Shown here: positions 27,147-40,598 of the stretch, piece by piece
Layout: the number at the start of each line of letters is the position of its first letter
How positions within the stretch are numbered: the first letter of the stretch is position 1
Source: Pseudogymnoascus verrucosus
Taxonomy: Eukaryota
NCBI GenBank assembly: GCA_001662655.1
Contig: KV460206.1
Reading direction: 5' to 3' (one strand)
DNA: 64,000 nt
Notes under the pieces: model-generated
What the model was told of the DNA's origin: nothing
What the model saw: the letters and a program-made list of their open reading frames with translations, nothing else
The model's database searches: none
Made by a program: the position numbers and the translations under genes

Positions 27147-29506
27147 TTATGCACTAGGTAACTTCTTTGCCTCCTCCTTAATGGCCTCAAGGACCTTCTC
27201 TGGTAGGGATGCGGACTTCGCCTCAAGTCCCTTGTTGAAGCGAGAGATTTGCTCTTTGACTGTTGAGTTGCTCGAGTCGATGGCTGATGCAGCCAGGAGG
27301 CACTTCAGGGCGAGAAGGTATTTTTCTGTCTTTGTTAGTTTACATAATGCCAAGGGACTTTATACTTTCTTACCTCTTCTGAAATAAACCTCGAAGCCAA
27401 GAATTTGTCCCTCGAGCAGCTTTGGGGCAAACTCCAGCATCGGGCCCAAGAACTTCATCGCATCGGTCAACGGCTCCTTGGTCTCGGCGAGCTTGACACC
27501 GTTCGGGTCTTCGTCCACCTTCTTTGCTGCGGCAGCATCTACCGGAACAGCCTTGTTTGGCTCGGCCTTCTTGGCCGCTGCGTCTCTCTCCGCTTGCTGC
27601 GCAGCCTTGCGCGCCTTCTTCGCTGCTTTCTTTTTCTCCAAGGCCGCTTCATCGTCGTCTCCAGACTTCCCATTGGCTTGGGGCTTATCATGGAGCTTCA
27701 GGTACTCTTTGATAGCACCGATTGCTGCCCTTGTGTAGAAGGGGTGGTCCCGTAACCTGTCCTCCCACCTGATCATTTGGACGTATGCCCTAATTTGGCC
27801 CTTTCGGAGAGAGAAGCTGTGGAAATCGAACTGGTCTTCTTGCCACACATCAAAGATGTTGTGGACAGTGGTGAAGCGCTTAAGAGCTAGGCCCACATCG
27901 CCCTGTCTGGCATGCGATTGCCCGTCTTCCGTTAGGAACCACATACATTGCATGTCGTGCAAATCAGCAAGTGGTCCTCCCACAGCCTCGAGACGAGTAA
28001 ACATGCCCAGTGTCTTCAAAGCAGCGTCGTTTTCGTCATTTCGCAACTGGTATTTCGCAGCTTTAGTATTGATATAGCGATCTCTCTCGTCCAAAGTCCG
28101 TGCAATCTCCATTGTTGCCGATGCAGTCTTCGTATCGCCCTTGTGCTTATATATCCTGGCTTTAGTCATATGGAAATCGACACTCTTTGGCTCCAACTCG
28201 ATCGCTTTGTCTATATATTCCAATGCCTGGTCAAGGTCACGGCTGAGGTGGTAGTTGTAATGTTGCGCAAGGTAATAGTATGCGGACGAGTCTCCTTTTG
28301 AAGTGTCCCCACTTCTCTTTGGCTCATCGTTGGTTTGTCCTCTTTTGCTGTTAATATATTCGTTGACGACTTCCAGAAGCGTTTGCTGCTTAGACTTATT
28401 CGAATAAAGGTGCTTCAGGTTGGCAAATGTCGAGGGCACTCCCTTATCCAACATTCTGTGAACATAGGAATCTGCTGCTGTCCGGAATTCGTCGCCTGCA
28501 CCAGTTAGTTATGGGGCACTTTAAGTTTCTGGGCTTCAAATACTGACCATCTAAGAAATCTAAAGGTAGTCTTCTGGCAGAGTCACTTCGTGGGTACTTC
28601 TCCGCGTACTCATCGTAGATTGCCTTTAGCTCTTTGTGATTGCCCGGCTCTATGTTCAATGCCGCAGCCAGTCCATCATAGTATTTCTTGCATTCCGAGT
28701 TACGATCAATCAGGGCACGGAAAGCCGTCGCTGCCTCCTCGTTGCGATCAAGCTTCGACAGATACTCCGCGCGAAGCTCTAGAACGGCCAGGCGGTCGAG
28801 GTTGTGCTTTCCAGCAGTCTCCAAGTGCTCCAGAGCCCTCTTGTAGTCTCCTCGCTCGGCAATAAGAGAGTTCTTGTACATAACCGCTTCCGAGTTCTCG
28901 AAGTCGAGTTTCGATGGAGGGCTCTTCAGGGTCTCTTCGTATGTGGTCAATACTTGTTCGGCCTCGGCAAGGTCTCCTGACAAGTGTTGCGCAATTGCCA
29001 GTGCAGTCCAGTTTTGTCGTATATGGGACCGAGCCTGTAGCATTGCCCTCCTGCTGGTAATATAGCCTTGGTAGTCCCGCATTTGTATTTGGAGCAAGGC
29101 CAGGTCCCTCTGGATCTGCTGCGATTCTGGGTCCAGCTTCAGGGCAAATTTGTATGCCTTAATGGCCTCTTCAAAGTTCTTGTTGGACCTATAGAGCAGA
29201 CCGTAAACGTGCCAGCAGACATGCGACTTCATGTCAGCCTGGAGAGCAAGCTTGGCCAGCGCGAAAGCTTCATCGGATTTGCCAATTGAGTTCAGGATCA
29301 ATGCCTTCATCGCCATGGTATCTCCATGCTTCGGGTTCTTCTTGAGGATTTGCTCGGCCGCTTTGAGACCTGGTGTAATCTGTCAGCGCACCAGTCATTC
29401 CGCTGCCGCCGAGGAGATGCCCACCTTTCTTGTACTGCTTATCTTCATAATTGCGAACTACAGTTCGAAAGAGCGAAGACTCCTTCGAACTTAATGGTTG
29501 CGGCAT
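27147..29506 (-). CDS. NAT1: NatA N-terminal acetyltransferase auxiliary subunit (3 introns: ~29370-29424, 28496-28547, 27326-27373)
   Basis: Starts MPQPLSSKESSLFR..YEDKQYKKG. Has TPR repeats and motifs SHVCWHVYGL, DRYINTKAAKYQLR and DQFDFHSFSLRKG. Confidence 0.96.
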
Positions 29507-30146
29507 CTTATAGGTATGCTGGTTGTGGCTTGAGCGCGGAAGGGCACAGGGTGGAAAGAAGGCTGTCGGTATCGGAGCGCGTGAGTGCAGAGACCTGAGG
29601 CCAGCAAGCCCACCCCACGTACTATTCGAGGCTACGGAACTCTAAATCCAGTTTCGCCGCACACAAGAGCTTAAAGGGCCTAATTCACAAATTGTATGGT
29701 AGCCTCGACAGGGAAAGTGAAGGTCAAGTTATATATTACTGATGGCGGGGACGTGGAGAAATACGAATGTCATTATTTCCTGTGAAAAGAAATTGGTGGA
29801 ACGATAAAAACAATATATATCAGCACCTTTCCAGGCCCTCAACCATGATATTGTCGACTCTCAAGGATGCCAACCAATGCAAGGCTCAGAAGCTACAATT
29901 CTAAATACCATCGCTGTATGTCTTTCCAAACAAGCCATGATGGGAGTGATGCAAAGCTAATCAATCTGAGGGGCTATATTGTGTTTCAGAGACTCGACGC
30001 CGAGTTTGGTGCGAAATGTGCCCATGAGGAATTCTTCATATTTATTTGCGCGCTTTCAATATATCACATTAAAATACTGAAGAACTACCTACGAAATAAA
30101 CCAATCTTCTTCACAACTCTGGACAAGCCAGAAATGTAATGAAAAT

Positions 30147-30337
30147 GTGAGGTCGCGTCATCTGGAGGCAGTGTAATACCAGAGACACTGTGTCCTGGGA
30201 CATGAGTAAACTCAGCGGTCCCAAGACTCATTTCAAAAATAGATTTAATCATTGATTTGTCCAATAGGACAATTTCAGAGATTAAACTGAAAAGAACAGA
30301 TACTACACTTGATCTAAGCCAATAGGCAAAGAGAGCT
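30147..30337 (-). ncRNA. U2: U2 spliceosomal snRNA
   Basis: Minus strand reads CTCTTTGCCTATTGGCTTAGATCAAGTGTAGTATCTGTTCTTTTCAG (stem I and branch-site recognition GTAGTA), then Sm site ATTTTTG and 3' stem-loop CTGGTATTACACTGCCTCCAG. A TATATATA box lies ~50 nt upstream. Ends are approximate. Confidence 0.95.
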
Positions 30338-30383
30338 AAAGAGAAAAGAAGAAAAGGTCAAAAGCTCGGGGGGGAGTTCTAGT

Positions 30384-30391
30384 ATATATAG
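30384..30391 (-). promoter_or_regulatory. TATA box of the U2 snRNA gene
   Basis: TATATATA ~47-54 nt upstream of the U2 5' end, followed by a pyrimidine-rich tract. Confidence 0.6.
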
Positions 30392-30710
30392 GCGACGAAA
30401 AATTTCAAAATCACGCTAGTGAGAATCAAATTCTGTCTGAAAGGGGTTTAGCTTCTAGTCGCAAACTGGAGCTAGCAATTGTTTGTCGTGTTTGCACTTT
30501 CCCAATTCAGTGCCATACCAGTAGATGTTTGCTATGTTTGCACTTTCCGCGCAAGCTCCCACCACCATGCAAGGTGCCCCCACCAGCAGACAAGGCTGAA
30601 GACGACCCCGCGATGACCGCGTTGATCTGAATTGCGCCCACTATCCATGGCCCACGCATAAATGACAGGACGATATATATAACTCTCGATTACGCCCCAC
30701 CTCCTCAACC

Positions 30711-31335
30711 ATGGCTCAGGCCGACACCTTCGAGTTCCCGGCCTTCTATTCCTTTCCCCCGTTCTTCTCACCCCAGCCGTCGACCACCACCGAGCACGCG
30801 CGTCGCAGCAAATGGAGCAGCCTCATCCTCGCCTACTGTCGGCAGAAGAAGCTCTGGAAGCTGACGCTGGTGGATGCCATAGACACGGATCTGTTCTGGA
30901 ATAAGACGATCAATAAACGGGTTAGCCTCGCGGATGCGAAGGAGATTATAAACGCGATGAGGAAGGAGGGAAGGGCGGAGTGGCTGGGCGGGAAGAAGGA
31001 TAGCGATAGTAAAGAGGTGGCGTGGATTTATTGGAGGACGCCAGAGGAATGGGCGGGGTTGATATATGACTGGGTACGGAGTTTTTCATAGCTCAATGAT
31101 TTTCTGTTTGGAACCTACGGATGGCATAGCTGACATGGATATACAGGTTGACGAGACGGGACAGAAGAACGTTGTTCTCACATTATATGAACTTACAGAG
31201 AGCGAGGCGACGATGTCGCAGGAGTTCCATGGCATGGATCCAGATTTATTGCAGCGGGCGATGGGTGTTCTTGTAAAGAGAGGGAAGGCGCAGGTATTTG
31301 GGCAAGAAGACGAACAAGGAGTTAAATTCTTCTAG
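30711..31335 (+). CDS. VPS25: ESCRT-II subunit Vps25 (intron 31074-31146)
   Basis: Motifs FPAFYSFPPFFSPQP, YWRTPEEWA and TLYEL, with C-terminal GVKFF. Confidence 0.95.
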
Positions 31336-31547
31336 ACTCTGAAATAATAACACAAAATATTAGTTTAAAAAGGTTAAACTTTGTTCACTCAGAGCATGTT
31401 GCAAAATGGGGTGAGAAGGCATGCTTTGGGACAAATATCCTGGATTAATTCATTCCGATGTCAACTATGCCCAACACTCCGGACAACCATGCTCTGTCCC
31501 ATAAAACCGAACTCCAGGCTAATGCTAAAAACGGCAAGCCAGATCAT

Positions 31548-34166
31548 CTACTGTGCCAAGTATGCGTCATGCCATTTCACCTCCTGCCTCATTGCTGCGT
31601 CGAGTAACCATTCGACCTGTACAATCCTCGGCTCATGCCCATTGTCTTGGGCCATCTGTGCAAACTTCGGCCACAGTGCCTTCTCCTTGATTGACGTCCC
31701 TGTCAGCAGATATACAGCCTCCTCTTCGCCTTCCTCCCTCATCCTCAAAGTTTCAGCCTTCGCTCTGAATATGGCGAACTCGCCTCCATTGAATTCCACG
31801 ATAGTCTTGTATGTACCAGGGCCATTCGGTATAGCTTCCGTACAGTATACGGCAATGCCCCGAAGCAAATGCCCCGAGTTCGATTTGGCACGGTTGACGG
31901 CATCGGCGAGTTTGACCTTGAAGTGTTTTTCCTTCGCTTTGTCCTTCAATACGAATGAGTCCGGAGGCGGCATGGTTGACGACGTGAGGCACGCATCAAT
32001 GAACTCAGTCGACAGGATGCCGACGCCCGTGGCCAACGCACAGAGAAACTTGTGCGTGCGAACCATGCCTGGCGCTGCGAGATAGTTGCAAGTGCTGGGG
32101 TCCTGGACGATGAGAATTCCAAGTTCGCGCAGCTTTTTCTACAGAAAATGTTAGCCTAGCCACATCAAGAACCATGCTTGGGGTACTTGCCTTATCGGAA
32201 TCTTCCTTTGCTGGCATCTCTTCCCACCGCTTGTAGCTAGTAACCAAAAGTCTGATGCTCACGGGGCGCGAACCAGTCTTTGGTTTCTTAATTACCCGGC
32301 CCTCCTCCTCCGACTCTGCATCGCTCGCCCCTCCAGCTTCGCTAGAAGCCCTTCGGGTGCCCCTTTCTCTGTCGACCTGGTCTGCAGCTCGTTTTCCGCC
32401 CCAAATACCGTTTCCGGCACGCTTTTTCTCTTTTTCATAAAGTGCGATGTCGGCAGCTTGGTCATGAAGCTTGGATAACGCGCGGTCCTTTGCCCCACGA
32501 CTACTTGTAGATGATGGCGTTTCATTCTCTTTACCTGTTCTAGCTAGTCGATTGCTGTGTGGTGTCGATAGAAGATGTGCCGTTCGTTTCGGGACAGGAG
32601 TTGCTTTTGGTCGAGGAAGAACAGGCAGGGTTTGGTCATCCGCCATAGAGACATCAGCCAAGGCAGCGCTAGGGGGTTCAGTAGCATGCTGAACACCTGC
32701 ATTGCGATCCTTCGTCTTCATAACAGGCCTATCCTGCTTTGATGATTCAGGAGTGGCAACATCGCCAGGATAATAGATGTGCTCCAATATCTTGCGATCA
32801 AAAGGCACCTGGCCAATTACTTCACCAAGATTTGTGCGCCGTGGAAAATGGATGTATTTTGGATTTGTCAAGGGTTGTGCTTTGCATTTGACATAGCTTT
32901 CCTCAATCCATAAATGGTTGACCATCGAAATTCCCCACTCAAGCGCAGCCTCGCACTTTTCGCTGTTATTTCGCGCAGTGATAAGATGGGTATTATCCTG
33001 CTTCATACTTTTCGTGAACTCGCCTCCGGCAGCTTTAACGAGGCTTTCGAGATAAATGCGGGTGTCTCCACCATAGTTAGAAAGAGTGATTCTCGTTCCT
33101 TCAAATCCCTCAAGCGGCATTCGAGGGATTGGGTAGTGCAGAAGTCGTCGCAAAGGCGAAGTCCACTCATTGTAAGTCATGAGATAATACAGCCAGGAAA
33201 GATTTCCAACATCTTTTCCACTCCGGGAAGCCGTGATATAGTCATCGCCATCGCGGTAGTTGCAGATATACATATTGGCTTTGTGGACGCTGGTAGTTAT
33301 AGCGCCATCTCCATTGGTAATGAGGTCCTCAAGAATGCCTCGATGACGGCTACGGAGTTTCACACCTTCTGAAAACATGACTTTCTTGTCGCGGAAAACG
33401 CTTAATTTGCGAGATCCCGAAGGAGAATCTGCCCCGACGGGAATATAATCAGGGATTGGGGTTGTGGCTCCTGTCACGCTGTTTGTGACTGGGACCAGAA
33501 TCTGCGCCTCAGACCCTATCCGAAGAAACTCGGGGTCAGGGAGCAAATATGGCTTTTCGTCGATTCGATGCCCCAGCTTAATGCAGTCCTCAAACCAGTG
33601 AGGCAGAACGATTTTGCACTTTAATTGTTTGTCCTTTGCATTCTGGCACTTCGGGTGGTCTTCTGTCAGCGCCACGATATGAGTGACTTGTCTGGTGAGG
33701 CTGTTGGATTCTTGGCCTCCCATGGCAATGACCGCGCCAATAATAGCATCTTGGTCGCCTTCCGGAATATCGGCGCAAGTGACGTTAACGCCAGAGAAGA
33801 ACAATTTTGGGTCTGGAGTATATGGCCGGAAAGGAGCTAGTTTATTCTTCTTGAGCGACGCCGCAATCCAACTTGGCGTGATAACAGGACGCAAATGTGC
33901 AGTGGCGATGTGGTATTGAGGGAAGTCAGAAGTTGACGAGATTATATGTGTAACTTCGGCGATTTCGACAGTGCCATTGGCGCCAAGTTCTGATATTGTT
34001 GCTCCATTTTCTTCAAGTATAGATCCAAACTGTACTGTATGTTAGAGGGGTTCACCAAGGCGAGTGAAGTTCTTACCTCACGCGCATTCTCAATTGTTAA
34101 CTCTCTACTTGGAATAATAGCGATATGACAGTCGTCAAACAATAGCGGTGGCACCTCATTAGCCAT
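31548..34166 (-). CDS. RTT107: Multi-BRCT DNA repair scaffold Rtt107/Brc1 (GT-AG intron 34030-34076, GC-AG intron 32139-32190)
   Basis: Several BRCT repeats: THII..VITPSWI, VLPHWFEDC, THLITAR..VNHLWIEES, RTHKFLCALA. Confidence 0.88.
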
Positions 34167-34261
34167 GGTAGGCTGCTATTATGTCATTAAATGCTGTGGT
34201 TTTGGGTGGGTATAATATTCATGAATGAGGCGTTTCCAAACTGAAGTTCAGTAATTACAGG

Positions 34262-34285
34262 CGAACGCGTTCCTGAACGCGGTCA
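34262..34285. promoter_or_regulatory. MCB-like (ACGCGT) elements upstream of RTT107
   Basis: ACGCGT at 34265-34270 plus ACGCGG ~12 nt downstream, ~100 nt from the RTT107 ATG. Confidence 0.4.
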
Positions 34286-34565
34286 AAAACACGCCAAGTC
34301 TGTTGTCACGTGATGCGAGGCCCCGATAAGAACCCTCCAGTACCTTGATTGCTATCCAACAAGATGCGGCCTAGCCGGAAGCCGAGGCTCACTTGTTAGA
34401 GGATCCAATGGATCAACTCCTCAACCTTACTTATATAATACTATTCGAGCAAAGTAAGACGAAAAGTGTATATACGACTTCCTTGTGGTTTGCGTGGCCT
34501 TGTTGATTACTATTACATTTTTCTAGAAGTCGCTATAATAAATACATATATATATCATCGCCAAC

Positions 34566-35942
34566 ATGTCGACAGCTAACTTCAATATCAAAGAACATGT
34601 AGTAGAAGCCCAGCATATTCGGGAATATGCAAGAGCGACATCGTTTTCGGAGGAGGAGATTCTAAAGCTTGCCGTCAAGCAGTATACGCCGTTAGACAAT
34701 CCAAATCCGCAACCAGGAGATGTTACAATCATTGGAGCACATGCAAATGGGTTTCCCAAGGCAAGCACCCATTCTTTGACTTCAAGTATCCGTGTCTGTT
34801 GCTAACACTGTACAGGAGCTCTACGAAGCCTTGTGGGATGAACTATATCTACGCTCAAAGGCCAATGGCTTCCGCATCCGCAGTATCTGGATCGCCGATG
34901 CCGCCCACCAAAATCAAAGTGCAATTCTGAATGAAGAGAAGTTAGGGAACGATCGTAAGTTCTCCTAATATATCCCGAATTCTAGCTGACCAGCGGCCAA
35001 GCATCATGGATGGACCATCCCCGTGACCTTCTTCACATGATTAACCACTTCCGCAAGGAGATGCCACTTCCGTTGTTCGGCGTTGGCCATTCATTTGGTG
35101 GCAATAACCTTGCCTGCCTATCCCTAATACATCCTCGCCTTCTTACCTCACTCATCCTCCTGGATCCAGTCATTCTTCAACAAAATCCGACCGGCGCTGG
35201 CGGCAGGGGAGCACCTATGGCGTCAACATTCCGTCGCGACCTCTGGCCATCTCGCGAAGCAGCCGCGGCGGGCTTTCGTAAAAACCCATTCTACAAGGCC
35301 TGGGACCCTCGGGTTTTAGAGGCATGGAACAAGCACGGAGTACGCGAGACGCCCACGCTACTCTATCCAAATGAAAAGGGCTCCGTGACATTGAGCACTC
35401 CCAAGTACCACGAAGTGCAAACCTTCATTCGCCCAACTTTCCCCGACCCCATTAACGGTCCTCTGGCTCCCATTACTCACTACTCCCATGCCGATATCGA
35501 TCCAGCCGTACCCGCCGGCGAGCCATTTTATTCCCCAGCACCATATATTGTCCTTCAGCAGCTCCCGCGCTTGCGGCCAAGCGTGCTGTACATATTCGGT
35601 GGCACCAGCTTCATGGCTCCGCCAGAGCATAATGCCGAAAAAATGCGTGTCACAGGCACCGGCGCCGGAGGGTCCGGAGGGGCAGCAAAGGGGCGCGTTA
35701 AGGAAGTCGTTTTAAAAGGAATCGGCCACCTGGTTGCGATGGAGGCACCAGTGCAAACTGCAGAGAATACAGCGAAGTGGATAGGCCAGGAAATGCAGCT
35801 CTGGAGGCAGGAGGCAGAGAAATTTGCGGGGTGGGCGAAGATGGGCGTCATTGAGAAGCAAGTCATAAGTGAGAAGTGGAAGAACATACTCGGTGGAGAT
35901 CCAAGGAACAGGAAGGTTACCGATGGCGCGGCCAAGTTGTAG
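34566..35942 (+). CDS. Peroxisomal alpha/beta hydrolase (MpaH/Lpx1-like); GC-AG intron 34761-34815 and GT-AG intron 34955-35001
   Basis: Motifs HANGFPKELYE, nucleophile GHSFGG and GIGHLVAME. C-terminal AKL is a PTS1. Confidence 0.88.
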
Positions 35943-36039
35943 AGAGTGATATGTAGACCAGAATATATTGCCATAAGGACCATCATTATTCGAAGACATT
36001 GTATATAATTTCAAAAATATATATATTTTTTCCTATTTT

Positions 36040-38288
36040 TTATTCCTCATCAGGCGGAATCCAAATTAAGATTCCTTCCTTGTCACTCTTCATCCCATCT
36101 CCTGGAGCGACCTTCAACACCTTCTGAAAGTAACGATCAGTCACCACCAATTGCGGTCTGACCCACTCGCCCCTCACATTCGGCAGCAGGTTGAAGCTCA
36201 TACCGCGCCGCGACAATGGCAACAGTTGGATAGTACTTTGCTTTGCACCTGAAAATGCAAATTTGTCGTTTGGTTCCATCACCACACTGAAAGTGAGGAA
36301 GTGCATCGAAGGATTTTCAATCATGTATTCCATGTGCAGGACCATTGGTGTGGTGGTGTCTTCGCTGTATGACAATTTTGTGAGGACCCGGGGCTCGCTG
36401 CTGGCGACTAGCAGCCTTGGAATGGGCAGCGTTGACGTGTTGGATGGTGATCCAGGCACGTCACGTCGCCATTGTATCAATAGGGACAAATCTAACGATG
36501 CTGACCGGCGGTCATCCAGGCTCAGTTTTTGAGTCAAAACGTCGAAGTGAGATTCTGCTAGAGCTTCGGGTAGGATGGGTAGTCCCAATGATGTGTTTGG
36601 GAGTGGGTGGATAGCAGAGCAGGCAACGCCGCCGTTAAGGGAGAGGATGGCGAGGCTGACGTCCTCCACTATCAAAGCTTCACCTGCAAACGAACAGTAT
36701 CTGGCGGTGAGATTCCACTTCTGTGGGAGACCAAGCGCGGCGACTTCGCCAGTAGAAGACGTTTCCCCATCCTTAGGATCAAAGAAACTTGGCCATGATC
36801 TTGAGTCGAGGCGAGGCGAGAAATCATAGTTCGCTTCGAATGGACTGCCAATATTGAGACGTATGGCTGCAGTTCTGGTGATTGGAGTTTCCAAGTCGGA
36901 AGCTAGGTTATACTTCAACTGTAGAGTTATTTCGTAAGTCGATTGTATTAATATTGGACCTAGAACCACAACGGCTGATATTGTGTTGGAGCTTGAGATT
37001 GATCCAAGTTTGGCGCTTGGTGGCGTTTCATCATCTGGTGAATATTCCACGTCGGATTCAGGTGCCGTGGGTATAATAATCTTGAAGGGAAGCTGAGGAG
37101 TTCCTGCGCCATCGTTGGTAATGGTGACCTCCAAACTGGCAAGTGATTCTTCATCTTCGCCGTTAAATATATCGACGTTCAGGTCAATAGGCTCGTTTGT
37201 ATAATACTGATCCTTCAGCGCCTGGAATTTAATTTCCATTTTGGGCGGTTTCGGGAGAATGATAATAGAATGCGGATCAGCACGCACAACCCGCTTGCGA
37301 GCTGGCTTCTGGCTCCACCACATATCACGAGTGGTGATGTGGTCGAACTCTATGATGCATTCGAGATCAAAAAGGGGCGCAGCGAGTGCAAACGTCGCTG
37401 AAATAGCTTTGGCCTTGCCTGGTTCTCTCAGAGGACAACTCAACTCAAAGACACGTGTTTGTCCAGGGAGAAAAATCAAACTCTCATCTCCGACGAGAGT
37501 GCTGGACCGCAAGCCACGTTCCTTCGCAACAGACATAGCTGTATCCTCAGAGTTTCCATGTTCTTCGCGAAGCTCCACCTTGGTGAACGATGTATTATCC
37601 GGGCGGACTTCAACATCTTGAGCCTCACTGCTATGCCGGATCGTAACGGGCTTAAGAGACCCTTCGAACTTTATCTTTATTTCCGCCATAGTAATGGGCG
37701 ATGAATCCTTTGAAGCAAAGGACGTGACGCTCAATTGTGATGTGCATGGTTCCCCAACCTTTCCTTCGGCCTGCTCGAAAACGAATGTCGCACACAAGAA
37801 CGAATGTATATCGTTCCCTTGAAGCACCACCGCTGGTTTCCCTTTCACCGTGTCCACATCGTCAAGGGACTTGGTAATGTCTAGAGTCTGTCGTGGATTC
37901 CGTGCGAAAGCTGTTGCGAGTTAGTGCCCAATCTTCATACAAATAGCCCAATTATCTACTTACTTGAACTCATAAGCTCCCAGTCTACAGCAACAACTGT
38001 CCCGCTATCTCCAGCCTTGACCGCAACCTCACGCAGGATAGTCCCCACCTCTTCAGTCAAGTCCCACCACCCTTCCCTCCTCCAAGACATGGTGTGCCAT
38101 AGTGGTCGGAGGATGCGTAGCGCGTCGTCCCAAGCCTCCTGTTTTATGAGCTCCTGTGCCAACTGCAGCTTCACAGCCTGCGCCGAGCGCATGCTTTTCC
38201 CCGACTCGTACTCTGAAATAGCTCCTCTCAGCGATGCCATGTACGAATCCATGGAAGGAACTTCCGCCTGCGACTGGGATTCTGTCAT
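36040..38288 (-). CDS. TRAPPC11/Gryzun-like trafficking protein, apparently lacking the N-terminal region (intron 37911-37963)
   Basis: LRPLWHTMSWRREGWWDL (end of Foie-gras-like region), PFEANYDFSPR, IENPSMHFLTF, FAFSGAK and DRYFQKVLKV. About 731 aa. Start codon uncertain. Confidence 0.75.
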
Positions 38289-38870
38289 CTGCGGCTCGGG
38301 ATTTCTGTTAACCCCGAGACGCTCCCAAAGCGCCCATGAGTGACTATTTCTTTCAGTATATCCAGAATCTAGGCGCCTGTGAGCTTGGATGCCGAAATCG
38401 TGCAATTAATTCCAAAGAGGGTATCTCTTGGCCATTGGGGTTGTAATCGCCTAAATTAGGCTAGCGTGGTGCGGGCAGTGACGGTGCGGTCAAATGCCGC
38501 CGCTATCCAAAGGTTGTTCCTGAGAGGCCGCCCTTCTGTTTTGCGCCATTCATGTCACAATACTCACAACATATCCTGAGGGGCTGTCACTCATCGATGT
38601 AATTGAATAGCTACCTTGATCTACACTACAAGAACAATCACGCGAATCCACCTACTGTCGAGTGCTGCACACAGCAAAGGTAGCCAAATAGGCTATCTAT
38701 TGACACAGAGATCAGGTGTCATTCCTGCGACAGCACTTGCGGCTCCATACCTAACCTCTCACCCTGGGACTCGAACAGTGAAGGCGACCGAACTGATTCA
38801 CCTACTGTGGTGTAATACTCGCAACCGGAATCCCAAAGCAGGAACGACTGAGTTCCGATAAGGCGCAACC

Positions 38871-40598
38871 ATGCCGAGTGTACAAGATATGATGATCGCT
38901 AGGCTTGTGGGGGATATGAAGCAAGCAGTCAAGCGCAAAGCCGATGGTAGGAATTCTAGATCCAGAATCCATTAGCCTTGGACTTAACTGACTTATGTTT
39001 CTTCTCAGAATCGGACTCGGAACACTCAATAGACCAAACCACGAACAGGGGGAACAAGCTGAAGAAGAGGGCCAGATACGTCCGCGAGGGCAGGCTGGCG
39101 ATGCCGAACGGTCCACAGGCCTACAAAAAGGTAATGAGGAGCTGTCTAATCCAGAAAGTCATTTGTGTATGCTGATACTGTGCTAGACGATCACCTACAA
39201 CGAGCACTATGAGAGAACAATCATTAGCGAACGACCGATGCTTTACGATGAGGATGGCTACGAGATGGATAGTGAAGACGATGAAGATGGCGAGGCTTTG
39301 GCCGCTGCGAATGAATTCTATCCATATAATGATGTTCGAATGGAAGGTTAGAAGAAACCTTGCCCTCCTCAGTTGACTTTCGTTCCTAACCTTGTGGTGT
39401 AGAGTTGCTTGCGCCATTGACATCAGTTACCGACCTGCCAAATCACCCAACACTATCTAGGCCATTCACATCGAAAACACTCACCGAACTCACTCTGAAT
39501 GCGCGGTCAATGATGCAGAAGGAAAAGGAGACTCTATGGAAAATGAAGCGCCTCTTAACGAGGCTGAGCGGCGATCACATATGGGTACCTACGGCTCTAC
39601 TCGAGACGCCGAACGACATAAGCTTCTTTGGGGATGGCAGAAACGAATACCGGGAGCACCTTCTCGAAAAAAACCGATTGGAAGATGCTCGTAGTGAAGA
39701 TACAGATATGAACGGGGCCATACTGGCACAGCTAGACGCTTCCACGCCTGGACAGGCTGTAGACAATTCTGCGACTGAAAACGAAGTCGCAATGGTTGAC
39801 GTTCCAACTCAGAACGGTTCTGCCCAAGAAGTGAAGACTTCAACATCTGTTGAGCCTGCCGTGGCTGAGGATGTGGCCGCTGCAACCAACGGTGACACCA
39901 ATACAACGGAACTAGATGGGGACAAGAAAGCTGCCGGGCCCCATGAATCTGAAAATGAACAAAATGCCAACGGGACTGACAAAATGGACGGAGTCGTTAC
40001 CGATGCAGCGGCCACTGCAGATGCCGAGGAATCCGCCGAGGACAAAGCCAACCAATTCGAAGATCCCGATACCACTCTTCCTGACCCTGATGTACCAGCA
40101 GACGACGAATCCGAGGAGAAGGACGAAACTGATGCCCCCGAGCCAAGGCGCATGCGCACCCGCGCCCAGGCACAAGCCGCATCCGATGACAACGTGAGGT
40201 CTCGCACACGATCCCTCTCAACCTCCTCCAACGACTCTTTCATACATCCATTTTTCTTGGCGCCCCAATCTGCGATTCCGGACCGAGACATTGGGCTCCC
40301 GACGCAGGAGGCAGATGAGACAAGGCGGTTGCTGCAGCTGTTTGTGCAGAAGCAGGAGGAGGTGTGCAGGGGAAGCGAGAAGCTCTACGAGGGCCTTCTT
40401 AAGGCGGATCGGCTGCGCAATGATGTGATGAAGTGGGCTAAGGCTGAGGCGCACACTGGCGAGAATGGGATGAGTGACGGCGAAGATTGGTACGATATGG
40501 AGGAGTGGAATTTGGATGAGGAGTTGAAGAAGGGGCAGGATGAAGACGACGAGGACGCGGCTACAACTGCGAAGAAAACGAGGACTAGGAGGCAATAA
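38871..40598 (+). CDS. RXT2: Rpd3L histone deacetylase complex subunit Rxt2 (introns ~38947-39009, 39131-39187, 39347-39402)
   Basis: Motifs TNRGNKLKKRARYV, LLAPLTSVTDLPNHP and DWYDMEEWNL. Confidence 0.85.
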
